From Acaryochloris marina MBIC11017 (GTDB taxonomy: Bacteria; Cyanobacteriota; Cyanobacteriia; Thermosynechococcales; Thermosynechococcaceae), in NCBI RefSeq assembly GCF_000018105.1, contig NC_009926.1, positions 240,001 to 272,000 of the forward strand: a stretch of 32,000 nucleotides of DNA, given 5' to 3'. The translations under genes were made by a program, and so were the position numbers. The notes beneath the pieces are model-generated. The model searched no databases. It was not told the origin of the DNA and saw nothing but the letters and a program-made list of their open reading frames with translations. Below, piece after piece: positions 1-8,488 of the stretch (position 1 is its first letter; every line of letters starts with the position of its first letter).

Positions 1-2811
1 CGGCTGGCTTTTATGCTGGCGGATGCGCAAGTGCCGCTGCTGGTGACGACCTCCACCTCAGCGACCCATCTGCCTAACCCTACCGCCCAGGTGATCAAGT
101 TGGATGCCGATTGGCCGACCATTTCTCAGGAACCGGAACACAATCCCAGCAGTGCGGTTACGGTCGAAAACCTAGCCTACTTGATCTATACCTCCGGCTC
201 AACTGGCACACCGAAGGGCGTTTTGGTGCCCCATGCCGGATTGGTCAATCTAACCGACGACAAGATTCGCACCTGCCAGGTGCGCCCCGATAGTCGCGTC
301 CTGCAATTTTTCTCGCTCAGCTTCGATGCATCCGTTCCCGAAATTGTCATGAGTTTGGGTTGTGGTGCTGCCCTCCATCTAGCTCCCCCAGAGGATTTGC
401 TACCAGGGCCGGGACTCCTAAAGCTACTGCGAGAACAGGCCATCACCCACATCACCGCACCACCCTCTGCCCTGACCGCATTACCACCAGCAGACTTACC
501 CGCGCTGCAGATGGTGTTGGTGGGCGGCGAAGCGCCATCGCCGGAACTGATTGCCCAGTGGTCAAAAGGACGACTGTTCATCAACGCCTATGGCCCCACT
601 GAAACCACCGTCAACGCCAGCATGGTGCCTTGTGAGGCTGGAGCAGAACCAACCCTGCGACCAGCGGCCAACAAGCAGCTCTATATCCTTGATCGCCATC
701 TCCAACTCTTGCCCATTGGCGTACCGGGCGAATTGTATATCGGTGGCATCGGCCTAGCACGAGGCTATCTCAATCGGCCTGAAAAAACGGCAGCAGCCTT
801 TGTGGATTTTGGATTGCCGCTTTTCGATGCTGGATTAGATACGGGTCAGTTATTATCTCCAAACTCCAAAATCCCTAGCGCAGCGCAGCAGAGCCATGCC
901 TTTGAGGCTATAAATCCAGAATCAACTCGTTTATACAAAACCGGCGACCTAGCCTGCTACCGCCGTGACGGTCATATCAAGCTGCTGGGGCGGCTAGATC
1001 ATCAGGTGAAGATTCGAGGCTTTCGGATTGAATTGGGCGAAATTGAAGCCCGCCTGGCTCAACATCCGGCGGTTCAGGAGAGTGTGGTGATTGTACGCGA
1101 AGATCAACCGGGCGAACGCCGCTTGGTGGCCTATGTTGCAACCAGCTCAGACCCAGCACCCACCACCAGTGAGCTACACCGTTTTGTCGCTAAAACCCTG
1201 CCCAAATACATGGTGCCTGCGGTCTTCGTGCGACTAGAGGCTCTCCCGCTCAATCCAAATGGCAAAGTCGATCGGCAGGCGCTACCCGCACCGGATACGT
1301 TGCGGCCTGCCCTGGCCGAGACCTTTGTGGCTCCCCGTAATTCGACTGAGACTTGCCTGGTTCAGGTGTTTGCTGACGTGCTTGAGGTCAAGCAAGTGGG
1401 AGTTCACGATGACTTCTTTGAGTTGGGGGGGCACTCTCTGCTAGCCACTAAGCTGATTGCTCGGTTGTTGAAAGATTTTCAAATCGAGTTGGCGATCGCA
1501 GATTTGTTCGAGTCCCCCACGGTTGCCGGTTTGGCTGAACGCATTGAGTCGCTGCGGCAGGCATCTGGTTCTCAATCAGCCTCCCAGGAGGCTACCCATC
1601 AAACTATCGCAGCGTTCCTCAAAGCTGAAGCCGTCCTCGACCCCACCATTCGCCCAGCACCCGGATCGAGTCGGGCGATCGCTCCAGCCTGTGGCATCTT
1701 CTTAACTGGAGCCACCGGATTTCTTGGCGCTTTTCTACTCGCGGAACTGCTGCAACAAACCACTGCCAAAATCTATTGTTTGGTTCGCTCACACTCGCAA
1801 GCATCAGCCCAACACAAGCTGCAAGCTAGCCTGACATCCTATCAGCTCTGGCATGATGCCTGGCAATCTCGCATTATTCCCATCGTTGGCGATTTAGCTC
1901 AACCCCGTTTAGGCCTCACTGAATCGCAGTTTCAGGCTCTGGCTCGTGATGCTGACATGATTTACCACAGTGGCGCATGGGTACACCATGCCTCGCCCTA
2001 CTCCTTGCTCAAAGCCAGCAATGTTTTGGGCACTGAAGAAGTCCTGCGATTGGCCTGTCATACCAAGGTCAAGCCCGTGCATTTTATGTCGGCAACCAGC
2101 GTTTTTGCCCCCGCTGACGTTGCCAACCCCCAGGTGATCCGAGAACAGGAGGATATTACAAATCACGCACCGTTGGGCGGCTACAACCAAAGCAAATGGG
2201 TGGCCGAGCATCTGGTAGTAATGGCGGGCGATCGCGGCCTACCAGTTGCGATTTATCGGTTGGGCCGGATCTCGGGTCACAGTCAAACCGGGGTATTTAA
2301 CCCCAATGACTTTTTGTATCGTCTGATCATCGGCTGTGTTGAGCTGGGCTATGTCCCGAAAGACGCAGAGATGCTGCTCGACATGATTCCAGTGGATTAC
2401 GCTAGTCGTGCCATTGCTTACCTCTCTCAGCAGCCCAGCTCTCAGACGCAACCGTTCCACCTAGTTCATCCCCAGCCGGTTTCGTCCAGCATTCTATTCG
2501 AGGCCCTGAGATCGCAGGGCTACACCGTTCAGCAGATTTCCGAACAGCACTGGCGGAGCAAACTGCTGCACATCGCCGAAACCTCGCCCAATCACCCATT
2601 GTATCCGCTGATTCCCCTACTGACTGCTCCCAGTCAACCGTCTAGTGAACCGTCCCTGGAAGCTGTCCTCCGATTCGACTGTCAAAACACCTTGAATGGA
2701 CTAGCTAAAAGTGAGATCGCATGTCCACCCCTCGATCAATCGCTCTTACACACTTACTTCACCTATCTCAGCCAGAACGGCTGGCTCAAGCAATCTGAAC
2801 CTCAAACCTAA
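1..2811 (+). CDS. Non-ribosomal peptide synthetase, terminal module fragment (adenylation - thiolation - thioester reductase); 5' end outside window
   Basis: Frame 1 is open from nt 1 (RLAF precedes the first ATG). A-domain cores: LAYLIYTSGSTGTPKG, FDASVPE, NAYGPTE, GELYIGGIGLARGY, YKTGDL, KIRGFRIELGEIE, NPNGKVDR. Carrier motif FFELGGHSLLA. Reductase Rossmann motif GATGFLGAFLL plus YNQSKWVAE (Tyr/Lys). Confidence 0.93.
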   Translation, partial: RLAFMLADAQVPLLVTTSTSATHLPNPTAQVIKLDADWPTISQEPEHNPSSAVTVENLAYLIYTSGSTGTPKGVLVPHAGLVNLTDDKIRTCQVRPDSRVLQFFSLSFDASVPEIVMSLGCGAALHLAPPEDLLPGPGLLKLLREQAITHITAPPSALTALPPADLPALQMVLVGGEAPSPELIAQWSKGRLFINAYGPTETTVNASMVPCEAGAEPTLRPAANKQLYILDRHLQLLPIGVPGELYIGGIGLARGYLNRPEKTAAAFVDFGLPLFDAGLDTGQLLSPNSKIPSAAQQSHAFEAINPESTRLYKTGDLACYRRDGHIKLLGRLDHQVKIRGFRIELGEIEARLAQHPAVQESVVIVREDQPGERRLVAYVATSSDPAPTTSELHRFVAKTLPKYMVPAVFVRLEALPLNPNGKVDRQALPAPDTLRPALAETFVAPRNSTETCLVQVFADVLEVKQVGVHDDFFELGGHSLLATKLIARLLKDFQIELAIADLFESPTVAGLAERIESLRQASGSQSASQEATHQTIAAFLKAEAVLDPTIRPAPGSSRAIAPACGIFLTGATGFLGAFLLAELLQQTTAKIYCLVRSHSQASAQHKLQASLTSYQLWHDAWQSRIIPIVGDLAQPRLGLTESQFQALARDADMIYHSGAWVHHASPYSLLKASNVLGTEEVLRLACHTKVKPVHFMSATSVFAPADVANPQVIREQEDITNHAPLGGYNQSKWVAEHLVVMAGDRGLPVAIYRLGRISGHSQTGVFNPNDFLYRLIIGCVELGYVPKDAEMLLDMIPVDYASRAIAYLSQQPSSQTQPFHLVHPQPVSSSILFEALRSQGYTVQQISEQHWRSKLLHIAETSPNHPLYPLIPLLTAPSQPSSEPSLEAVLRFDCQNTLNGLAKSEIACPPLDQSLLHTYFTYLSQNGWLKQSEPQT

Positions 2812-2834
2812 CTTATTCCTTATTCACAACCAAT

Positions 2835-3734
2835 TTGCCAAAAACTATGACCTCTTCTACCTCCCGCTACTCCGACTACGATCCCTGGGCCTGGTTATAC
2901 AATCGCTCTGAGGCTCATCTGGCCCTTCAAGGTCTCATGCCCCTTTTGGACAAATTACTATTTCCCCACCTGCCTGAAAACGGCCAGATTCTAGATGTGT
3001 GCTGCGGCACGGGGCAGGTCTCCAAACAGCTGATCCAGCAGGGCTATCAGGTTACAGGGCTGGATGGTTCGGAGAAGATGCTGCACTACGCGCGTGAGAA
3101 TGCACCCCAGGGTAAATTTTTGCTGGACGATGCCCGCTCCTTTACCCTGCCATCTACCTTTGATGCGGCGATTTCAACTGACTCCTCTCTCAACCACATT
3201 ATGAGTCTAGACGAGCTACAGCAGGTATTTCAAAACGTGTACGCCGCCCTGAAGCAGGGCGGACGTTTCCTATTCGACTTGGGTCTGGAAAATCGATATC
3301 GCAATATCGAGGTGAATGATGGGGAACTGCAAGCTGATTACGCCTGGACGGTGGGAGAAACTTATGATGCAGACAACAAAACGGGCACGTTTACGATCAC
3401 GCTGTTTCAGCCTGCCGATTCCGACGCATCCCCCAGCCTGACAAACTCGGACAAGAGATCGCATTCCATCCCCCAACGGCTCAAGCGCTTTGTTTACAAT
3501 CGAGTCCTGCGCGTCCTGCGTCCCGGCCTTTTACCCCAGCTAATTGATAAGTATTGGCAATCTTTACCCATGACCTTTACGGCTAAGCCCTATTCTCAAG
3601 CTGAGGTACGAGCTGCTCTGGAAGTGGTGGGATTCACCCAGGTCGAAGTCTATGATTTTCGGGCTAGGAGAGCCACTCCTCAACGGAAAGATTACGCCTA
3701 CTTCCTAGCCCAAAAACCCAGTGGTCAAGCTTAA
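2835..3734 (+). CDS. Class I SAM-dependent methyltransferase
   Basis: Motif I ILDVCCGTGQVS, downstream acidic LDGSEKM, and GGRFLFD motif. Starts 24 nt after the NRPS stop on the same strand. Confidence 0.85.
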   Translation: MPKTMTSSTSRYSDYDPWAWLYNRSEAHLALQGLMPLLDKLLFPHLPENGQILDVCCGTGQVSKQLIQQGYQVTGLDGSEKMLHYARENAPQGKFLLDDARSFTLPSTFDAAISTDSSLNHIMSLDELQQVFQNVYAALKQGGRFLFDLGLENRYRNIEVNDGELQADYAWTVGETYDADNKTGTFTITLFQPADSDASPSLTNSDKRSHSIPQRLKRFVYNRVLRVLRPGLLPQLIDKYWQSLPMTFTAKPYSQAEVRAALEVVGFTQVEVYDFRARRATPQRKDYAYFLAQKPSGQA

Positions 3735-3774
3735 ATCATTGATATTAGGTAGGGGCAATAGCCATTCATCCCTA

Positions 3775-5082
3775 CTAGGTGATTTCTTGAAAAGAAGCCC
3801 CGTACTAAATTGGATGAATTAGGATGTCCCACTTGGGTAACTGAGGATGTCTCTCCAATCGTTTCTCAATGCCTTTCATTGCTTGTTTAGTAAGCGAAAT
3901 TCCTGTTTCATAAGTCTTCTGTGTCACAGTTACAACGGGGTGATTCCCCTTCCAAGTCATGGTGCTAGCCCATCCCAACAGGGTATCAACATCGGTTAAT
4001 AAGGTTCCGTTCCAGTGTTGCTCCAAAATCCCCCAACATCGCTCAATGGGGTTGTACTTGCTGTGATAAGGCGGATAGTACAGGAGTTGAATAGCGGTGC
4101 CGATGTGATCGCTAAATGCCACCAGTCGATTGAGGAACTGAGTGCGTACCCCACTATTCTCAGGACCGTTATCCAACTTGATCTGGATGAGCTGCAGGGT
4201 TTGCTGTTCGGTGGGGGCCAGGGTGTTCCACCAATCCTGGAGATTATCGACCATAAAATCGCTCGTTTTGTGAGAATGGCCAAAAATGATGTGTAATGTA
4301 TCGGTATCCTCCTCTAGGATGCCGCAGGGAATATATTTTGGCCCACTACCCATATCGTGATCACAGGCTTTCGTTTGGGTTCGAGTCTTGCCCCGACGAG
4401 AGGACTCCCCTAGTTCAACGGTGGCTTTGCAATCGATGCTCAATCGTTTGACGGTACCGTCATGGTCTTTCAGGTCTTTGTGTTTGAGGTTGGCAAAGAC
4501 GGCATCGGTTTCCGGCAGTTTTTTTGGGGTTTAGCTTTGAGGACACGACGGAGTCGATAGCCTAACCGATTCAAGACGACGGCCATGGTACTCTTTGCCG
4601 GTACAGACTTGGGGGGAAATCCTTGCGCTCTCAAGTGGGTGATAGCGGCAGCCGCTGTTAAGCGGGTATAGGCAGTTGAGCTGGAAAAGGTGGGGTCTTG
4701 TTGGCAATGGGCTTCTGCAAGCTCCCGTAAGGCGGTTGCGACCTCTGGGTGAAGGTCTTCCCAACGTTTCCTGCCACAGAAACCCGACTGAGCACCCACA
4801 CAAATCATGCCTGTTCGCTTCTCACCTAAACCTGTTGCCACCGTATTTCGACCCCAGCCAAAGATAATTTCTGTGAGATTGGGGTTCCCGTCACAGTATT
4901 TGAGGGCGATGTCTGCCTGGAAAGCCCGGCGGCGGGCTCCTGTCATTTTCGAGGAGGCAAATTTCAGATCTTCAAGTTGATTCCAGGTTAATTGGTCACG
5001 CATGCTCAGAGTTAGATTCAATGCATCACTATTACATTCTGTGCTCAGAAGTATGTGAGGTCTTTCCTAGAAATCGCCCTAG
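3775..5082 (-). mobile_element. ISAzo13-like insertion sequence (about 1.3 kb) between the methyltransferase and aminotransferase genes
   Basis: Imperfect terminal inverted repeats: CTAGGTGATTTCTTGAAAAGA at 3775-3795 versus the reverse complement of TCTTTCCTAGAAATCGCCCTAG at 5061-5082. They flank a single transposase reading frame. Confidence 0.7.
3805..5021 (-). pseudogene. ISAzo13-family DDE transposase, split into two frames at a 7-nt homopolymer (frameshifted, or expressed by -1 slippage)
   Basis: ORFs 4470-5021 and 3805-4443 are N- and C-terminal halves of one protein. Recognisable motifs: SIDCKATVELG, CDHDMG, DNGPENSG, YYPPYHSKYNPIERCWGILEQHWNG, LPKWDILIHP. The frames join across the T7 tract at 4519-4525: frame 0 reads KPQKNCRK, the -1 frame reads KPQKKLPETDAVFANLKHKD. 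Confidence 0.8.
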
Positions 5083-5090
5083 ATATCCAG

Positions 5091-5132
5091 AAAGTACGTT
5101 TCGCAAAGAAAAAAGTACGTTTTACGAAGAAA
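5091..5132 (+). repeat. Tandem 2 x 21-bp direct repeat (site A)
   Basis: AAAGTACGTTTCGCAAAGAAA followed by AAAGTACGTTTTACGAAGAAA. The same motif family occurs at 11807-11848. Confidence 0.9.
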
Positions 5133-5171
5133 AGCTAGGCTACATCCTCCTATGATAGTCTCAGATTTACT

Positions 5172-5186
5172 TGAGAATAATTCTCG
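5172..5186. promoter_or_regulatory. Fur-box-like 7-1-7 palindrome upstream of the aminotransferase operon
   Basis: TGAGAATAATTCTCG; the core GAGAAT-A-ATTCTC is a perfect palindrome. Compare the 7-1-7 Fur consensus TGATAATnATTATCA. It lies 21 nt upstream of the ATG at 5207. Confidence 0.45.
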
Positions 5187-5206
5187 ATTGCTATTAGGGT
5201 GATGTC

Positions 5207-6682
5207 ATGACCCAGTCTCTTTTAGACTCCCAATCTAATCCTCAGCAAAGTCCTCAATTGGATCCTCAGCGTGCCTATTTGGACAGGTTCATTGTGCGTT
5301 ACACCCAACGAACTCAAACCTCCAAGGCGATTGCCCAATTCTCTCGTTCCGTCCTGGCCGATCCGAGGCAATCGGAATGGTTTAGTCCAACCACCAAAGA
5401 GCTGTGCTACCTGGTTGTGGGCGAGCGATCGCAGGGATCGCGGGTCTGGGATGTCAACGGGAACGAGTACATTGACCTAATTATGGGGTTTGGAGCCAAC
5501 CTGCTGGGTCACAATCCACCATTGATTAAAGAGGCATTGCAGGCACAACTGGAAAAAGGCATCCAGCTCGGCCCCCAGGCCGAATATGCGGGTGAGGTGG
5601 CGGCCTTGATTAGTGAGCTGACAGGTTTAGAGCGGGTCGCGTTTAGCAATACGGGTACGGAAGCGGTGATGACCGCGGTGCGGCTGGCGCGAGCGGCAAC
5701 GCAGCGGACTAAAATTGCCGTCTTTACCAATTCCTATCACGGTCACGCCGATGGGGTCTTGGTAGAGCCTGGATTTCCCCTGCCCAGCATTCTACAGCGA
5801 TTGCTGGGGGGGCTCGTCTCCCGCTTAAATGCCCGCGCTGTGCCAATGGCTCCAGGCATTCCCAAGGTGATCGCTAAAAATGTTTTAGTTCTAGACTACG
5901 GCAATCCGGAATCGCTCCAAGTGATTAAAGCTCATCGCCATCAGCTAGCCGCCGTCTTGGTGGAGCCTGTTCAGAGTCAGCAGCCCGACTTACAGCCTAA
6001 AGCGTTTCTGCATGACTTGCGGTCAATCACCCAGGATTCCGGCATTGCGCTGATCTTTGACGAAATGGTGACGGGATTTCGCCTCCACTTAGGAGGAGCA
6101 CAGGCATGGTTTGGCGTTGAAGCTGACATCGCTACCTATGGCAAGGTGGTAGGTGGTGGCCTCCCCATCGGCGTGATTGGGGGTAAAGCCGCTTATCTCG
6201 ACAAGATTGACGGCGGTCAGTGGGCCTATGGCGATGACTCCTACCCCTCAGTAGAGAAGACCTTTTTTGCCGGTACCCACTGCAAGCACCCCTTATCAAT
6301 GGCAGCGGCACGGGCTTTACTCCACCATCTCAAGCAGCAAGGGCCGACCCTGCAAGAGCAATTGAATCAGCGCACCGCTTGTTTTGTGGAACAGTTCAAT
6401 GCTTTTTTAGCCGTCAATTCTTTGCCTATACAAATGGCTCATTTTGGCTCTTTCTTTAGTCCCGTTTTTCGTCAAGATGCCAGTCCATGTACAATTTCCG
6501 CGCTGATGCCGGGGTTCGAACTGTTGCGCTACCACCTGCTTGATCGGGGCATTTTGCTGCGCGGTGAAGGTGGCGGCTTTCTATCAACTGCCCATACAGA
6601 TGACGACATCAATGCTATCACTCAGGCGATGAAAGATAGCATCGCTGAGCTACAGTCAGCAGGCTTTTTTCCGACCTCATGA
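5207..6682 (+). CDS. Class-III (glutamate-1-semialdehyde aminomutase-like) PLP-dependent aminotransferase
   Basis: GSRVWDVNGNEYIDLIMGFGANLLGHNPP, AFSNTGTEAVMTAVRLARA, IFDEMVTGFR, and YGKVVGGGLPIGVIGG (PLP lysine region). This resembles AMT domains and stand-alone transaminases of NRPS/PKS clusters. Confidence 0.88.
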   Translation: MTQSLLDSQSNPQQSPQLDPQRAYLDRFIVRYTQRTQTSKAIAQFSRSVLADPRQSEWFSPTTKELCYLVVGERSQGSRVWDVNGNEYIDLIMGFGANLLGHNPPLIKEALQAQLEKGIQLGPQAEYAGEVAALISELTGLERVAFSNTGTEAVMTAVRLARAATQRTKIAVFTNSYHGHADGVLVEPGFPLPSILQRLLGGLVSRLNARAVPMAPGIPKVIAKNVLVLDYGNPESLQVIKAHRHQLAAVLVEPVQSQQPDLQPKAFLHDLRSITQDSGIALIFDEMVTGFRLHLGGAQAWFGVEADIATYGKVVGGGLPIGVIGGKAAYLDKIDGGQWAYGDDSYPSVEKTFFAGTHCKHPLSMAAARALLHHLKQQGPTLQEQLNQRTACFVEQFNAFLAVNSLPIQMAHFGSFFSPVFRQDASPCTISALMPGFELLRYHLLDRGILLRGEGGGFLSTAHTDDDINAITQAMKDSIAELQSAGFFPTS

Positions 6683-7143
6683 CGTTCCCTGCTTTGCCTC
6701 CCAGGCTCTATTTAGTCGTTCCCTGGGATTTACCGATTCAACACCCACTAGATGATGTTTATAAAGACAAACTGGAGCGATCGCTTAAACAGTTCTTGAT
6801 TGCCCTAGATCAAGATTCTGATCAAGTGGCTCAAGCAATTATCAATCGGGAACTTTCTCGTCTTGATCTCAGCTCTGTCTCCCCCATTGCATTAACCTCA
6901 ACTCAAACTGCTCTTAAGCCCTGCGAAGTCGAAGATTTTGATGCTTACTTTGAAGTCAACCACGTACAAACTAACGAACCTGCTACCTGTATGATTTGGA
7001 GTCTGCTAGTTTCCTACCAAGCATTTTTAACACTATGTCAGCAAAAACATGACTTTTATCTGGAGCATATCACCCAGCAAAAACAGGGATTTAGGAGCTA
7101 TACAAACTTACTATCTAGAGTTTTTGATCTCAATTTGGAGTGA
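6679..7143 (+). CDS. Hypothetical protein (154 aa), translationally coupled to the aminotransferase (ATGA overlap)
   Basis: ORF only; no motif recognised. The start overlaps the upstream stop (ATGA at 6679-6682) and the stop overlaps the next start (GTGA at 7140-7143). Confidence 0.55.
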   Translation: MTFPALPPRLYLVVPWDLPIQHPLDDVYKDKLERSLKQFLIALDQDSDQVAQAIINRELSRLDLSSVSPIALTSTQTALKPCEVEDFDAYFEVNHVQTNEPATCMIWSLLVSYQAFLTLCQQKHDFYLEHITQQKQGFRSYTNLLSRVFDLNLE

Positions 7144-7742
7144 ATAATAATTCAATTCCCATGATCACGAATGCTACTATCACGAATGCTGATCCCCAGC
7201 AAATATGGAAAAAATGCCATTGGCTATTCTTCATCAACATTCAGGGACTAATTCTTTCCCTGCGTCGCTTTGAGCGAAGTCTGGCTGCAAACAACTTATC
7301 CCAAGCCCGTGTAGAGTTGGAAACGGCGACTGATCTGATGCTGGCCTCTGGCTCAGCAATGGAATTGGCAGGGTGCCTTAGTCACCAAGAGTATGAGCAC
7401 CAAGTTCGGCCAACAATGGCTCCACCTCATGTCACGACCCCTGACTTTAGTGGTCTGATGTCGTGGGAACATGCCGCCCTTATCGAGATTTGGAAGAAGC
7501 TGCGCCCAACCTTTGCAAACCTACCTGACTCTTTTTCAGCTCAGCATCAGCAGTTTGTTTCCGCCTATTTCAGCTTATCCAATGCCCACAGAGCAGTTTG
7601 CCAAAAGTTTGGTGGAGATCAGATGGGCAGTTTACGCTGTGATCATATAACCGCCGTTCAGGTCTTGGACAAATTTACGAAAAATCGCTGGAAGTTAATT
7701 GACCCCAAGCGCAAAACCGCTCCAGGTTGCCCATTTCGCTAG
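7140..7742 (+). CDS. Hypothetical protein (200 aa); weak by-eye resemblance to heme-dependent aromatic oxygenases (TDO/SfmD-like)
   Basis: ORF in operon context; alternative ATG start at 7161. RPTMAPPHVTTPDFSGLMSWEHAALIEIWKKL loosely recalls the TDO segment TMTPxDFxxFRxxLxxASGFQSxQFRxxE. An HxxxC string (HRAVC) lies near the C-terminus. Confidence 0.5.
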   Translation: MNNNSIPMITNATITNADPQQIWKKCHWLFFINIQGLILSLRRFERSLAANNLSQARVELETATDLMLASGSAMELAGCLSHQEYEHQVRPTMAPPHVTTPDFSGLMSWEHAALIEIWKKLRPTFANLPDSFSAQHQQFVSAYFSLSNAHRAVCQKFGGDQMGSLRCDHITAVQVLDKFTKNRWKLIDPKRKTAPGCPFR

Positions 7743-7760
7743 GTAAGGGGAGTTTGCTAC

Positions 7761-8024
7761 ATGAAAGATGTGGGTTTGATGAACACGCTAATCGCAATCC
7801 TGACTGATTTGGGAGTTCCTAAAGATTGTCTGCATTCTGAAGCACGATTACATAAGGATCTGCAACTGGATTCGACTGAAATCGTTGAAATTTCTTTGGC
7901 GCTCAAGCGCCGATTAGATGTGCGAGTCAAGCTAGAAGGTCGGCAAGATATGACTTTGGCTCAGGTCTGTGATCGGATCGAAGTGGCTCAGCTTACTAAT
8001 TCAAATTCAGCTCATGGTTCTTGA
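7761..8024 (+). CDS. Stand-alone acyl/aryl carrier protein
   Basis: 87 aa with phosphopantetheine-attachment motif LQLDSTEIVEISLAL. AAGGGGA ribosome-binding site about 10 nt upstream. Confidence 0.85.
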   Translation: MKDVGLMNTLIAILTDLGVPKDCLHSEARLHKDLQLDSTEIVEISLALKRRLDVRVKLEGRQDMTLAQVCDRIEVAQLTNSNSAHGS

Positions 8025-8478
8025 CGTGCAGGGAAAATTGGAGTGCTTAGCACGGAATGTTGATGTTCAGTATGGAGACATCAAAGGTGTGGGTATAGAT
8101 ATTGTGTCAGTTGCCCAAATTGCAAACTTAGTTGAGCAATTTGACTGCCAATCTTTGGCTCTGCTTTTCACTCCAAATGAGTTGGATTGGTGCCAATCGG
8201 CAGGGATTGAAAAAGAAGAGCGAAACCGCGCTTTCGCTCTCTGTTTTGCCACCAAAGAAGCTGTTTCCAAAGCGCTCACAACTGGTTTAGTTGGCATCGA
8301 ATGGACTGACATTGAAGCTTACTTTGAAGCCGATAAAATTCATAACCCGATCACCGTGATGCTATCTGGTGCAGCTAGGGTCCACGCTCGGAATCATCAT
8401 ATCCAGTGCTGGCAGGTGAACTGGTGGGAATGGGATGGGCACGTCATGGTTCATGTCTTGAGTTTCCTAAGGGAATAA
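8014..8478 (+). CDS. AcpS-type 4'-phosphopantetheinyl transferase (canonical catalytic motifs)
   Basis: GVGIDIVSV (Mg-ligand Asp) and FATKEAVSKAL (Mg-ligand Glu). The ORF track opens at 7969; the ATG at 8014 or GTG at 8026 is the more likely start because the earlier one overlaps the carrier gene by 56 nt. Confidence 0.8.
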   Translation: MVLDVQGKLECLARNVDVQYGDIKGVGIDIVSVAQIANLVEQFDCQSLALLFTPNELDWCQSAGIEKEERNRAFALCFATKEAVSKALTTGLVGIEWTDIEAYFEADKIHNPITVMLSGAARVHARNHHIQCWQVNWWEWDGHVMVHVLSFLRE

Positions 8479-8488
8479 GGAAAATCAT

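Noticed and set aside
111-2599. Many 60-130-aa ORFs on both strands inside the NRPS gene (e.g. 186-584 -, 360-602 +, 1909-2211 -)
   Set aside because: They are shadow ORFs fully embedded in a long, motif-rich CDS. They have Arg/Pro/Ser/Gly-rich compositions typical of off-frame GC-rich translation, and no motifs.
5761-5880. Extra loop in the aminotransferase (EPGFPLPSILQRLLGGLVSRLNARAVPMAPGIP), considered as a possible third repeat-element insertion
   Set aside because: The DNA shows no inverted repeat or heptamer structure like those at 802-876 and 12477-12503. It could be a normal family-specific loop.
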